Virus record (IMG/VR): IMGVR_UViG_3300032286_000926
Location: 39,459-103,458 of that record
DNA: 64,000 nucleotides
Source of the DNA: a virus
Reading direction: 5' to 3' (one strand)
Position numbers and translations under genes: made by a program. Numbering within the stretch: position 1 is the stretch's first letter; the number at the start of each line of letters is the position of its first letter. Below, one piece after another: positions 1 to 11,505 of this stretch. The notes beneath the pieces were generated by a model. The model ran no database searches. It saw nothing but the letters and a program-made list of their open reading frames with translations, and was not told the DNA's origin.

Positions 1-1035
1 GACAGACTTAATGCGAACCCATTAATTGGTCGTGGTGGTGGTGTCGCTTTGGCTGATGGAGACGTTTGTTCACCATATAGTATTTTCCCTAACATTATGA
101 CATGGGGTGCAACTCCGGTCACACACAATGGTATTGGTTATTGTGCCAAAAACGGTGGATTAATTAATGCGGTTAATGCCGTTAGTATGTGGTGTCATCG
201 TCATTTCTATGCAATCGGTGGCGGTCAAATTATTCTTTCAAGTTGTTCTACACAATTTGGTGATTACACAATGGTATCAAATGGTTACAGAGAATTGGTT
301 AATCCAACTGAAAGTGGAATTACAATTACACCTTCACCAGCTAATGCAAATACAATTCGAAGTGCAGCCAATACAATGATTGACGGCATGTGGGCAAATT
401 TAGTAAGTAGTAATTTAACATTTGGATGGGATGCAACCGATGAAGCTTACACTCGTAGAGATGCTGGCACATTATTGCAATCACTAAGTTGGGTTATTGA
501 AACCGGTAATGAAAAACCAATGTTAGATTTTGCAAAAGGTCTTTATACTGTTCAAGCCAATACGGCTAATACAACTAATGCTGTTCCTGTTTTTAGTAAT
601 GATAAATTGCCAGCATTTACACGTTCATTTAATAATTTAAAAGACCAAATTATTGCTCTTCAGTATGACAATTTACCTGCCAATACACCTAGTGCGGTAA
701 CTGCTTTAATTACCGCTCTAAATACAACAATAACTACACCAACAAAAACAATACAACCATCAACAATTACTGCAATCGGTCACACATGGACGGCTGTTAT
801 GGCTGGAGTTGCTTTGACAAAAATACCTCCGGTATTAAACGAAGCAAAAATACAAGATAGTATTTTGGAAATAAACCAAGGTCTTGTAATCGCCAGCGGA
901 CAAGACGACCAAGGTTCCGCTTTATTTGTGGGGGGAATGTCCATTGACTCCGATACCGGAGAATTATCGGGACCTCCATTCACATCAGCCGTTAACCGTA
1001 TTGCTACTAAAACAGTCATCTCAAGGAGCTTTTAA
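1..1035 (+). CDS. 5'-truncated virion protein with pectin-lyase-like beta-helix region; paralog of 25337..26668
   Basis: Frame is open from base 1 (DRLNANPLIGRGGGVALADG...). It aligns by eye with 25337..26668 (NGIGYCAKNGG...GGQIILSSCSTQFG vs GGIGVHILNSG...GGQCSITNSNSSFG; AIGHTW vs GSGHTF). Confidence 0.65.
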   Translation, partial: DRLNANPLIGRGGGVALADGDVCSPYSIFPNIMTWGATPVTHNGIGYCAKNGGLINAVNAVSMWCHRHFYAIGGGQIILSSCSTQFGDYTMVSNGYRELVNPTESGITITPSPANANTIRSAANTMIDGMWANLVSSNLTFGWDATDEAYTRRDAGTLLQSLSWVIETGNEKPMLDFAKGLYTVQANTANTTNAVPVFSNDKLPAFTRSFNNLKDQIIALQYDNLPANTPSAVTALITALNTTITTPTKTIQPSTITAIGHTWTAVMAGVALTKIPPVLNEAKIQDSILEINQGLVIASGQDDQGSALFVGGMSIDSDTGELSGPPFTSAVNRIATKTVISRSF

Positions 1036-1037
1036 CA

Positions 1038-1502
1038 ATGTCTAGAATAAAATGTCGTACACCTTCGACAGGCAAACCATTAAGAATTTCATTAGTAAAT
1101 GTTAGTACATCATATACTACTGTTTCAGAAGCTTCTGATTTTTCTGTTCCCGATGCTTCATATGTATTTTCACCAAGAGACCCGGCAGATAATACTAGAG
1201 CTATTAAACCGGGCGAAGTGTTTTTCTTAACACCTCTTGCTGCTAAAAACAAAACAGCAAGTTTAGCATATATCGAAACTTCTTTATATACAGAAAATAA
1301 TGTTAGAATAGCATTTGCAAACGTTGCTGTACCTGCATATGATACTGCATTTATTCCATTACAAGGCCGCAGTTTATTTAAAAGAAGTGTAAATACCGCA
1401 AACGGTGATATACTTCAAGTTAAATCAACAGTCAATAATGCATTTGATGTATGGGCATCTGCTGAAGAAAAATTATCAAGTGAACACTCTGGAGTAGAAT
1501 AA
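1038..1502 (+). CDS. Small beta-rich virion protein; paralog of 26675..27010
   Basis: Clean ORF coupled to the next gene (TAATG). Similar motifs to 26675..27010 (VAVPAYDTAF vs FEIPRNDAIS; GDILQVKS vs GNSVRGYA). Confidence 0.6.
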   Translation: MSRIKCRTPSTGKPLRISLVNVSTSYTTVSEASDFSVPDASYVFSPRDPADNTRAIKPGEVFFLTPLAAKNKTASLAYIETSLYTENNVRIAFANVAVPAYDTAFIPLQGRSLFKRSVNTANGDILQVKSTVNNAFDVWASAEEKLSSEHSGVE

Positions 1503-3928
1503 TGTCTATTTTACTTTCCGGTAAAGGTATACTTGTAGGTTTTGGTGTTCCACAAGAAGTACCAATTTTATTAGATCCGGCTAGTTACGCAGGTGCGATA
1601 GCCTATGGTAGCGATAATAAGATGTGGTACTGTGATGGACTAACATGGATTTGTATGGATGGATTGTCCGGTTACTCTGGATATAGTGGATATAGTGGTT
1701 ACTCCGGATATAGTGGTTACTCCGGTTATTCAGGATATTCTGGTTACTCTGGATATTCCGGTTACTCTGGATATAGTGGTTACTCCGGATATTCTGGTAT
1801 TTCTGGCTATTCCGGTTACTCTGGTTACTCTGGTGATTCTGGAATAAGTGGATACTCAGGATATTCTGGTATTTCTGGTTACTCTGGTATTTCTGGATAT
1901 TCTGGATATTCTGGATATTCTGGACCATCAGGTTATTCCGGTTATTCTGGAATTTCGGGCTATTCCGGTTACTCAGGATATTCCGGCTCTGGTATAAGTG
2001 GTTATTCCGGATATTCCGGATATTCCGGTCGCTCTGGTTACTCTGGATACTCTGGTTACTCTGGATATTCTGGACCATCAGGTTACTCTGGATACTCTGG
2101 ATATTCCGGATATTCCGGTCGCTCTGGTTACTCTGGTTACTCTGGATATTCTGGATACTCTGGATATTCCGGTTATTCCGGTATCTCCGGTTGGTCTGGA
2201 TTACCTGGAACAGGATTACAAATTGATGGCGTTGCCAATAATTATACAGATTTAACTACAAAAACTCCTGCGGTTAACGATGTTTGGTATGTACTAGATA
2301 CAGATGTATTATACTATCGCACAGCACAATCGACCTGGATTAATTTAGGACCACTCCAAGGTGCTTCTGGTTACTCCGGTTGGTCTGGTATAAGCGGTTG
2401 GTCAGGTACCTCAGGTTATTCTGGTTACTCAGGAATCTCTGGCTGGTCTGGTATAAGTGGTTACTCCGGTGAATCTGGTATTAGTGGTTACTCAGGATAT
2501 TCTGGTATAAGTGGTTGGTCTGGTATTTCTGGATACTCAGGATATAGTGGTATTTCAGGTTGGTCTGGTATTTCTGGATATTCTGGTTATAGTGGTATTT
2601 CAGGTTGGTCTGGTATCTCAGGATATTCTGGTTACTCAGGATTGTCTGGTTCTGGAGTTTCAGGTTATTCTGGTTATTCTGGTTATTCTGGATCCGGTCT
2701 TTCCGGTCTTTCCGGTTACTCTGGTTACTCAGGCATATCAGGTTGGTCTGGTCGTTCCGGTTACTCCGGATATTCTGGTTATTCTGGTTCAGGAATTTCT
2801 GGATATTCTGGTTATTCCGGTCAGTCTGGTTCTGGTTCTTCTGGTATCTCAGGTTATTCTGGTTATTCAGGCATATCAGGTTGGTCTGGTCGTTCCGGTT
2901 ACTCAGGATATTCTGGTTATTCTGGAACTTCAGGATTCTCTGGTTATTCTGGTACCTCTGGATTCTCAGGATATTCTGGTTGGTCTGGAGATAATCCAGG
3001 TTCTTCAGGTTATTCCGGTTATTCTGGAATTTCTGGTTATTCTGGTTGGTCTGGTCGTTCCGGTTATTCGGGTTGGTCTGGCATCTCAGGTTCTGGTGCT
3101 TCTGGTGCTTCTGGATATTCAGGATATTCAGGTTGGTCTGGAGATAATCAAGGTTCTTCAGGTTATTCCGGTCGTTCTGGTTACTCTGGTTACTCAGGAT
3201 ATTCTGGTTGGTCTGGCCGTTCTGGCCAGAATGGTATTGATGGTGATTCTGGATATTCTGGTTACTCTGGATTGTCTGGATTAGGTATTAGTGGTTATTC
3301 TGGTTATTCCGGTCGTTCTGGTTATTCTGGTTACTCTGGATATGTTCCATCTTATTGGTATGGAATTGCGGTTTCTGGACAAACAACTGTTATACCAGAC
3401 GCTAGTGCCGACACATTAAATTTTGCTGCTGGTGCTAATGCAACAATTACATTAAATAATACAACCAATACAATTACAATTGATTCTAAAGCTTCTGCTG
3501 GTGGTATGGCTTCTAGTGGTAATACTATTTTAGTTGTAAATGATACATCATCAACTACTTTGTATCCAACATTATCTGATGCAACAAGTGGTTATGCTAA
3601 TGTAAAAATAACAAGTAGTAAATTAACTTTTGATGCTTCAACAGGAACATTATCATCAACCAACTTTAATTCATTATCTGATGCCACATTAAAAGAAAAT
3701 TTTAATGAGATTGGTGGTGCATTAAGTTTATTGGATAAATTGGATGCATTAAGTTTTACTTGGAAAGATAACGGTCTTAAATCTTATGGCTTTAAAGCGC
3801 AAGATGTTGAGAAAGTTATACCAGAAATTGTTGGTAAAACCGAACAGTATAAAACAATCTCATATATACAATTGATACCTATTTTAGTACAAGCCATTAA
3901 AGAACTTAAAGAAGAATTAAAGAAATGA
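1502..3928 (+). CDS. Fibre protein with (Ser-Gly-Tyr)n repeats and C-terminal peptidase S74-type intramolecular chaperone
   Basis: SG[Y/I/W] tracts at ~1661-2205 and ~2360-3345. C-terminus SDATLKENF...FTWK...YGFKAQDVEKVIPEIV...Y...LVQAIKEL is typical of the S74 autocleaving chaperone. Confidence 0.8.
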   Translation: MSILLSGKGILVGFGVPQEVPILLDPASYAGAIAYGSDNKMWYCDGLTWICMDGLSGYSGYSGYSGYSGYSGYSGYSGYSGYSGYSGYSGYSGYSGYSGISGYSGYSGYSGDSGISGYSGYSGISGYSGISGYSGYSGYSGPSGYSGYSGISGYSGYSGYSGSGISGYSGYSGYSGRSGYSGYSGYSGYSGPSGYSGYSGYSGYSGRSGYSGYSGYSGYSGYSGYSGISGWSGLPGTGLQIDGVANNYTDLTTKTPAVNDVWYVLDTDVLYYRTAQSTWINLGPLQGASGYSGWSGISGWSGTSGYSGYSGISGWSGISGYSGESGISGYSGYSGISGWSGISGYSGYSGISGWSGISGYSGYSGISGWSGISGYSGYSGLSGSGVSGYSGYSGYSGSGLSGLSGYSGYSGISGWSGRSGYSGYSGYSGSGISGYSGYSGQSGSGSSGISGYSGYSGISGWSGRSGYSGYSGYSGTSGFSGYSGTSGFSGYSGWSGDNPGSSGYSGYSGISGYSGWSGRSGYSGWSGISGSGASGASGYSGYSGWSGDNQGSSGYSGRSGYSGYSGYSGWSGRSGQNGIDGDSGYSGYSGLSGLGISGYSGYSGRSGYSGYSGYVPSYWYGIAVSGQTTVIPDASADTLNFAAGANATITLNNTTNTITIDSKASAGGMASSGNTILVVNDTSSTTLYPTLSDATSGYANVKITSSKLTFDASTGTLSSTNFNSLSDATLKENFNEIGGALSLLDKLDALSFTWKDNGLKSYGFKAQDVEKVIPEIVGKTEQYKTISYIQLIPILVQAIKELKEELKK

Positions 3929-5538
3929 CAACAAATTACATTTCAAAAAAAATAAAAACCTTTAATGCAAAGGTTTTTAGAGATTCTTTTAAAGAAAGTA
4001 CACCTAAAAAAATAGGTTACATTTTTCTATCCAAATCAGCTCCATATGCAAATAATGATAATGTTGCAACTGATTTGGTGGATACTGTAAAACAAGAAAA
4101 AGAAATTTGGGACAACATGGTTCTTGGTAAAAGAATTGTACCTAAAGATATTGAACTTGTTATTCCTTTACACACATGGACTGTCAATACCGTATATAAA
4201 CAGTACGATGATACTGCTAATTTAGATAGCTTATTGACAGTATCGGGAAATGCATATCCAATGTATGTCCGTAATTCAGAAGGTAATGTTTATAAGTGTC
4301 TGTCTAATGTAGCACCATCAGGCCAAGGTTCTCAAACTGAACCTACTGGAACATATACCACAAATGATGGATTTATTCAAACTGAACTTACTGATACCTC
4401 AAATTATTTGTGGAAATACATGTTCAATGTTAAAAATTCTAATAAATTTTATACCAATGAATATTCTGATAAATGGATTCCAATTCCATATATTCAAGCT
4501 AATACCAATTTTAGTGATTACAATTACAATACATTAAATTTGGTTGATGGTTCTTTAAATAAAATTATTGTTACAAATTCTGGTTCTAATTATTATCATA
4601 CCGATATTAATGTTGCACCTTTTGCATCTGGTTCAAATACATTAACAATTTTAGATGATATTGATTTAACAACATCGAATATAATTGTAGAATATATGGC
4701 AGTTTCTGGTAATGGAATATATGCAAATAAAACATTTATTACACAAATTGATCCAGCACAACCAAAAACACTATATCTTTCACAACCAACTGTAGGTTCT
4801 GGTGGCGGTACATCAACACCAAATAGAATTAATATTAAAACTCGTATTGTAATTAATGGTGATGGTACTGATACTGTAGCTGATGTTCATTTATCAAACA
4901 CAGGAATATCAAGAATTGATGTTACTAGTGCAGGTAGTGGATTTGTTAAAGCCAATGTAGAAATTTATGGTTCAGGTTCTGGTGCAGCTGCAAGAGCAGT
5001 ATTGCCTCCTAAATTTGGTCATGGTGCCAATCCTGCTATGGAATTAGGCGTATCAAATGTAATGATTTTAAGTCGTATTGGTGAAATTGATTCTACGGAA
5101 AATAACACAATACCAACAGATATTTATTTTAGACAATACGGACTCTTGGTAAATCCATATAAATATGATGATGCGGATCCAATGACAGAAACAAATGCAA
5201 TAGATGTTATGTTGCAAACTTTGGATATTACATTACTTTCATCTTCAAATTTTAATATTAATGAAAAGGTTTATCAAGGCGACCCAAACAATCCAGACTT
5301 TATTGGTTATGTTGTTTCACAAAAATCTTTGGAAGTGAAATTAAATAACACATATAAACAACCAATAATAGGTAAGTTGCTTGTTGGAGCATCATCTGGT
5401 AACCAAAGTACCATCGTAAGTTATGAGAATCCAGACTTAAAACCATATGCTGGTGATATAATTTACGGAAAAAATATTTTAAAGATACAAAGATCCACCG
5501 CTCAAGCTGAAGAAGTAAAATTTGTATTTCAATTTTAA
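3925..5538 (+). CDS. gp8: Baseplate wedge subunit gp8-like (extended)
   Basis: IWDNMV..KRI, W...TVY.QYDD, VYKCLSN, YLWKYMF, GHGANPAMELG, FRQYGLLVNP, EEVKFVFQF motifs match gp8 of T4-like aquatic phages. Confidence 0.85.
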   Translation: MTTNYISKKIKTFNAKVFRDSFKESTPKKIGYIFLSKSAPYANNDNVATDLVDTVKQEKEIWDNMVLGKRIVPKDIELVIPLHTWTVNTVYKQYDDTANLDSLLTVSGNAYPMYVRNSEGNVYKCLSNVAPSGQGSQTEPTGTYTTNDGFIQTELTDTSNYLWKYMFNVKNSNKFYTNEYSDKWIPIPYIQANTNFSDYNYNTLNLVDGSLNKIIVTNSGSNYYHTDINVAPFASGSNTLTILDDIDLTTSNIIVEYMAVSGNGIYANKTFITQIDPAQPKTLYLSQPTVGSGGGTSTPNRINIKTRIVINGDGTDTVADVHLSNTGISRIDVTSAGSGFVKANVEIYGSGSGAAARAVLPPKFGHGANPAMELGVSNVMILSRIGEIDSTENNTIPTDIYFRQYGLLVNPYKYDDADPMTETNAIDVMLQTLDITLLSSSNFNINEKVYQGDPNNPDFIGYVVSQKSLEVKLNNTYKQPIIGKLLVGASSGNQSTIVSYENPDLKPYAGDIIYGKNILKIQRSTAQAEEVKFVFQF

Positions 5539-5547
5539 GGTTAATTC

Positions 5548-8500
5548 ATGTTAGAAAATTACAATTTAAATCCATATTATGACGATTATAACGATGATAA
5601 AAATTTTCATCGTCTATTATTTAAACCTTCTTATGCAGTTCAGGCAAGAGAATTAACTCAAATACAAACTATTCTTCAAAAACAAGTTGAAAGATTTGGT
5701 TCACATGTATTTAAAAACGGTTCTGTTGTTACTGGTGGACAATTTTTCTTTCAAGATAGTATTTCATTAAAAATTGATAATGATTATTCTAACACAACTG
5801 TTAGTGTATCTAATTTTGATAACAAAACTCTTTTATCAGCAAACACACTTTTAGCAGAAGATAAAACAAAACGTGCAGAAGTTATTAAGGTATATGATAC
5901 TAATTTTGGTACTGTTCCAAATGAGCCAAAAACAATTATTGTAAAACAACTTTATGGTGATGCTTTTATTCCTGGTGAAATTATTAAAACTAATGATGCT
6001 AGTCCATACTACGCAACTATTTCAGCCAATGGCGTTACAACATCTAAAACTTTTTCTGTAAATGAAGGCATCTTCTATTTTGAAGGTTTCTTTATCAAAA
6101 CATTACCACAAACTATTGCTATTAACAAATATACTAATGCAAATGTTTATTGTCGTATTGGTTTTGATGTGGTTGAAAGTGTAGTTAAAGCTTCTTCAGA
6201 CACATCATTATTAGACCCAGCATTGGGTTCTTCTAACTATCAAGCTCCTGGTGCCGACCGAGTTAAATTAGATTTAGTTTTGTCAATTAGAAGTTTGGAA
6301 TCTGCTGATGATGAAAAATTCATTGAATTGGTTCGAATTGAACAATCAGAAATCACAAAAGAAAACAAATACCCAATTTATTCTGTACTTGAAGATACTC
6401 TTGCTCGTAGAACTTATGATGAATCTGGCAATTATGTTGTAAAACCGTTTAAAATTTCACTTGAAGATAATGCAGCTAATACTGCACAGACCGATGTTAT
6501 TTTATCTCCAGGTAAAGCATATGTTTATGGTTATGAATTTGAGACAAGTTCACCAACAGTCATAACGGTTGATAAACCAAGAGAAACATTATTAATTCAA
6601 AATAGAAGAATTACTGGTGGATATGGTAATTTTTTATATACAATTAACCATTATAAATCTTTTCCAATTAATTCATTGGGAACTGTTGATATACATTGTG
6701 TTGCAAATGCTTCAATTAATACAACATCTACCGCAACCATTTCAAATACAAAAATTGGTTCGGCTAAAGTAAAAACCGTTGAATATGAATCGGCTTCAAA
6801 CTCATCAAATTCACAAACTTATGTTTATAGAACATTCTTATTTGATGTTGCAATAAATCAACAAATTACAGGTAATGTTGTAAGTGCTACGGGCACAAGT
6901 ATTACTATTGGTAATTATTCGAATGTTGAAAATGCATATCAAGGTGCTAGGTTGCGAATTTCTCAAGGTAAAGGTTCTGGTGAGCCAGCAAAAACAATTA
7001 CTGCTTCCAATGGTTCAACAAAAATATTAACAATCAATCAACCATTTTTAATTACACCGGATGCCAATTCTGTATTTGCAATCGACTTTGATATAAAGGA
7101 AGCCAAATCTTTGGCCACGCATAGTGGAACTAGTTGTTTAAATGCAGCTAATATTGATGATAGGTCTAAAGATTTTTCGCAACCTTACCATGATGTTTAT
7201 ATTTCTGATTCCAAATTAGAACCTATGTTGTTTCCATTGGGTGAAGCATATATTGCCAATAATACTATTGCTGATATGTCTTTTACATATAAACGATTAT
7301 ATACATCACAACAATTTGCCTCCTCTTCTTCACCGGCATTAGGACTTGGTACCAATGAAACATTATCTACTTCTGGTAGTTTAGACAACTATACTATTAC
7401 TGTAATTGACCATAAAACATCTCCATATGCAAATGGCCAAATTATTCCAATTGATAATTTTGAATTAGATATTCAAAATGCTCAAATCAAGGTTGATAAT
7501 GGTAATAATATGATTGCTGATATTGTAGCAACAATTAATGATTCTGGTGCAACAAGAAAAAATAAAACATATGTTGCCGCCAATACAACAATTCAAACTT
7601 CTGGTGGTGTTGATGTTTTTTCAAATACTGCGGTAATTACTTTTGGTGACCAAGGTCAAACACATATTGCTAGTACATATGTTAATAAAATTCCTAGTAC
7701 CGCACAATCTTTATTTGTTTCCGATATTAATAACATTATTTCTATTTTAGATTTTAAAGGCAATTCAATTACTCAAGCAAATACAACAAACGCTTCAGAA
7801 GTAATTACAAAATATGATTTGGATAATGGCCAACGAGATTCATACTATGACCATGGTTCTATTCGTCTCAAAGCTGGAGTAGTACCACCTGTTGGTCCTT
7901 TGGTTGTTTTTTATAACCGATTTAAATCAACTGGTCCTGGATTTTTTACCGTAGATTCTTATTCTGGTATTCCATATTCAAATATTCCAGTATATACTTC
8001 ACCAACAAATAATAATAATTACCAACTTCGTGATGTATTGGATTTTAGACCTGTTCGTTTAGATGCAACTTCTGTAATTCGTTCAAATGTTGTATTTGAT
8101 GTTAGTTCTTCAACAACAGGACCAAAAATTATTAAAAATAATTCGGATGCAATTCTTGATTATTCATTTTATTTACCTCGTATTGATAAAGTTGTTTTGG
8201 ATAAAACCAAAAAATTTGAAGTAATTAAAGGAAATGCAGAAATTGATCCTGTGGTTCCAAATGATACCGATACTACAATGACTTTGTATATTTTGCGTAA
8301 TGGTGCTTATGTTGCCAATACAGCTCAAATTCAAGTGGAATATAAAAACAATAGACGTTATACAATGCGTGATATTGGTACATTAGAAAAACGTATTGAA
8401 AATTTAGAATATTTTACTTCATTATCATTACTTGAACAAGATACTGTTACTAAACAAGATTTAACAATTAAAGATGCTAATGGTTTACAAAGATTTAAAA

Positions 8501-11496
8501 ACGGTATTCTTGTTGATGGATTTACAGGCTCTGGTGTTGCTGATGTAACTAATGAGGACTATACTGCTTCTATTGATCCACGCAGAAAAGAATTGCGACC
8601 ATCATTTAATATTAATTCATATTCATTAACATTTGATCCTGTAAATTCAACAAATTATTTACAAAGTGGTCCTTTTGTAACATCTAGTGCGGCTGCCGTA
8701 TCTTTAATCGACCAATCTAAAGCATCAAGATATATTAATGTTAATCCGTTTAACGTAATTAATTATCTTGGTAAAGTTACTTTGGATCCAGCTTCTGATA
8801 TTTGGACAGATACCACAACTAAACCTGATGTTTTGGTTAATATAACAGGTGATTTGGATGCATGGCAATATTTGACACAAAATGCTGGTGGCACAGAATG
8901 GGGTAACTGGGAAACACGATGGACTGGTACTTCAATTAATACTCCAGCTTATCAAGGTTGGTTAGGTGCGACAGGACATGTTGATTATGTTTACGCTCCA
9001 GAAACAAAAACCACAACAGAAAATCAAACAAGAACTGGTGTTGTAAACGCCGTAGTTCCTGAGACTATTACACAATCAATTGGTAATAGAGTTGTTGACG
9101 TGTCTGTTATTCCTTATATGCGTGAAAAAGGCGTGTTGTTTACTGGTACTGATTTTAAACCTGGTGTTTCATTATATCCATTTTTTGATAATGTTTCAGT
9201 AATTAATAATGTTGCTCGTGCAAACAAATTTACTTTTGCTACAAATGATTTAAATTATAGAACCGCAACTGGTAATCCAGAAGTTGTTACTATTAAAAAC
9301 ACCACAACTAATAGTTCTAATGGTACCGCTTTAATTATCAAAACAGCTAATAATGTTGGTTATGTAATTAATATGAATCCAACAACAACATATAATTTTG
9401 CAAATATGAGTGTTGTGGGTAATGATACATTGGAAACTCATGTTGTATCATCATATGAACATTATTCTGGCGTAGCAGCAAATGTTACATCAAATACTAT
9501 TATTTTATCTCTTGATGCTACAGGTGCAACAAATGCTTCGGAATATAATAATTCTCAAATTCATATTATTTCTGGCCAAGGTGCAGGCCAAAGTGCAACT
9601 ATACAATCTTACAATCCTACAACTAGAACAATAACAATTGATGGAACATGGGCAACAACACCATCCAATACTTCTGTATATTCAATTGGAACATTAAAAA
9701 CTTCCGATACTGGTGCTGTGGCTGGAGTATTTGTAATTCCTGCCGCAACTTTCCGTGTTGGTGAAAAACTATTCCGTTTAGTTGATAATAATTCTGGCGA
9801 TATTGGTTCATCATCAACAAACGGTGATGCTTCATTCTATGCACAAGGTGTTTTACAAACAACAGAAGGTACAGTTCTTTCTGCTACTGTACCAACTATT
9901 CAAAGAACATCGGTTACCGATTCTAGGGTTGTTACATCAACAGTTGTTACTCGTCAAGTTGTTGTTGGTTATTGGGATCCGTTGGCACAAACTTTCTTGG
10001 TTAGTCCGGCTCAATATCCACAAGGTGTGTTTATATCTAAAGTTCGTTTATGCTTTAAAGGTAAAGATGATAAGATTCCTGTTACACTACAACTTCGACC
10101 TACTGTAAACGGATACCCATCCAGTTCAGTTGTTTATCCACATGGTACAGTTTCATTGACACCAGATAAAGTTAAAGTTACTGAATCTCCTAGTTTAGAT
10201 GATCCAACAAAGTACACAGACTTTACCTTCGATGCTCCAATTTACATGCAACCGGGTGAACATTCATTTGTTGTTTTGGCTAACAGTAATAAATATGAAA
10301 CATATATTGCTGAAATAGGTAAAACCGATATGGTTTCCAACCGATTAATCTCAGAACAAGCTTATGGTGGTTCATTGTTCTTATCTCAAAATGGTTCAAC
10401 TTGGACAGCAGACCAAAACTCTGATATGATGTTTAGATTGTTTAGATATACTTTCTCCACATCACCAACTGTAGCGTCATTCTTGATTGATTATCCAAAA
10501 ACTAGTGCAACACCTTATGACTTAACACACCTTATAACAGGTGATGTTGTAATGGCTAATACATCATTAAACTACCAATTTGATTCCGAAACAATATCTG
10601 CTGGTGGGTATGTTGGTTATCAACCAATTGCACCGTTAACCGACTATGACATGAATGATGGTTATGGTACTCGTATTTTAAACCCAAATACAGGCGCTTC
10701 AACTTTCCAGTTAACTGCCGATTTAAACAATTTATCATCTGAAATATCACCGTTTATTGACACTTCAAGAATGGGATTTTTGGCCGTTAATAACAGAATT
10801 AACAATCTTCAATTATCAAACAATCTTATTGTTATGACAAATGTTGGTAGTGGTTATGTTAATCCCAATGATATTACTGTTGTAATTAGTGGCGGTAACG
10901 GTTCTGAGGCTCAAGCAAAAGCCAATGTTGCAAATGGCACCATTGATAAAATTTACTTTGAAAATTCTACTGAAAAATATGGTAAAAATTACACAGCAAC
11001 TCCAACCATCACAATTACAGGTGGTGGTGGCACAGGCGCTAGTGCAATTGTTATTGGTGAAACAAGTAAAAAAGGTGGACCTGCAGCTGCAAGATACGTT
11101 TCTCGTAGAGTAACATTGAATGATGGATTTGATTCTGGTGATATTCGTGTTTATTTAACCGCATATCGACCAAAAGAATCCAACATTTATGTTTATGTTA
11201 AATTGTTGTCAGCATCTGATCCTGATACTTTTGAAGATAGAGAATGGCAATTATTAACACAAATTGGAAATCCAAACTTTGTTTCAACCAATGCAAATGA
11301 TTATCGTGAAATTATTTTTGCTCCAGGTGAAAATGGTGTAGCAGATAATGCCATATCATATACTTCAAATGGCAGTTCTTATGATAAATTTAGAACTTTT
11401 GCTATTAAAATTGTTATGGCTGGAACAAATTCAGCTGATGTACCAAAAATTCGTGATATGCGAGCAATTGCTATACCATCAGTATCTCTTTTATAG
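5548..11496 (+). CDS. Large virion structural protein, VrlC/DUF4815-like
   Basis: PYYDDY...LFKP..AVQARELTQIQ, APGADR, LARRTYDESG, YTMRDIG.LEKRIENLEY, RFKNGILVDGF, DPLAQTF, P.IRDMRAIA motifs; located after gp8. Confidence 0.85.
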   Translation: MLENYNLNPYYDDYNDDKNFHRLLFKPSYAVQARELTQIQTILQKQVERFGSHVFKNGSVVTGGQFFFQDSISLKIDNDYSNTTVSVSNFDNKTLLSANTLLAEDKTKRAEVIKVYDTNFGTVPNEPKTIIVKQLYGDAFIPGEIIKTNDASPYYATISANGVTTSKTFSVNEGIFYFEGFFIKTLPQTIAINKYTNANVYCRIGFDVVESVVKASSDTSLLDPALGSSNYQAPGADRVKLDLVLSIRSLESADDEKFIELVRIEQSEITKENKYPIYSVLEDTLARRTYDESGNYVVKPFKISLEDNAANTAQTDVILSPGKAYVYGYEFETSSPTVITVDKPRETLLIQNRRITGGYGNFLYTINHYKSFPINSLGTVDIHCVANASINTTSTATISNTKIGSAKVKTVEYESASNSSNSQTYVYRTFLFDVAINQQITGNVVSATGTSITIGNYSNVENAYQGARLRISQGKGSGEPAKTITASNGSTKILTINQPFLITPDANSVFAIDFDIKEAKSLATHSGTSCLNAANIDDRSKDFSQPYHDVYISDSKLEPMLFPLGEAYIANNTIADMSFTYKRLYTSQQFASSSSPALGLGTNETLSTSGSLDNYTITVIDHKTSPYANGQIIPIDNFELDIQNAQIKVDNGNNMIADIVATINDSGATRKNKTYVAANTTIQTSGGVDVFSNTAVITFGDQGQTHIASTYVNKIPSTAQSLFVSDINNIISILDFKGNSITQANTTNASEVITKYDLDNGQRDSYYDHGSIRLKAGVVPPVGPLVVFYNRFKSTGPGFFTVDSYSGIPYSNIPVYTSPTNNNNYQLRDVLDFRPVRLDATSVIRSNVVFDVSSSTTGPKIIKNNSDAILDYSFYLPRIDKVVLDKTKKFEVIKGNAEIDPVVPNDTDTTMTLYILRNGAYVANTAQIQVEYKNNRRYTMRDIGTLEKRIENLEYFTSLSLLEQDTVTKQDLTIKDANGLQRFKNGILVDGFTGSGVADVTNEDYTASIDPRRKELRPSFNINSYSLTFDPVNSTNYLQSGPFVTSSAAAVSLIDQSKASRYINVNPFNVINYLGKVTLDPASDIWTDTTTKPDVLVNITGDLDAWQYLTQNAGGTEWGNWETRWTGTSINTPAYQGWLGATGHVDYVYAPETKTTTENQTRTGVVNAVVPETITQSIGNRVVDVSVIPYMREKGVLFTGTDFKPGVSLYPFFDNVSVINNVARANKFTFATNDLNYRTATGNPEVVTIKNTTTNSSNGTALIIKTANNVGYVINMNPTTTYNFANMSVVGNDTLETHVVSSYEHYSGVAANVTSNTIILSLDATGATNASEYNNSQIHIISGQGAGQSATIQSYNPTTRTITIDGTWATTPSNTSVYSIGTLKTSDTGAVAGVFVIPAATFRVGEKLFRLVDNNSGDIGSSSTNGDASFYAQGVLQTTEGTVLSATVPTIQRTSVTDSRVVTSTVVTRQVVVGYWDPLAQTFLVSPAQYPQGVFISKVRLCFKGKDDKIPVTLQLRPTVNGYPSSSVVYPHGTVSLTPDKVKVTESPSLDDPTKYTDFTFDAPIYMQPGEHSFVVLANSNKYETYIAEIGKTDMVSNRLISEQAYGGSLFLSQNGSTWTADQNSDMMFRLFRYTFSTSPTVASFLIDYPKTSATPYDLTHLITGDVVMANTSLNYQFDSETISAGGYVGYQPIAPLTDYDMNDGYGTRILNPNTGASTFQLTADLNNLSSEISPFIDTSRMGFLAVNNRINNLQLSNNLIVMTNVGSGYVNPNDITVVISGGNGSEAQAKANVANGTIDKIYFENSTEKYGKNYTATPTITITGGGGTGASAIVIGETSKKGGPAAARYVSRRVTLNDGFDSGDIRVYLTAYRPKESNIYVYVKLLSASDPDTFEDREWQLLTQIGNPNFVSTNANDYREIIFAPGENGVADNAISYTSNGSSYDKFRTFAIKIVMAGTNSADVPKIRDMRAIAIPSVSLL

Positions 11497-11505
11497 GATT
11501 AAATA

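Noticed and set aside
1502-3928. Ice-nucleation protein similarity
   Set aside because: Lacks the AGYGSTxT 8/16-mer and TxT ladders; period is 3, 11 or 15.
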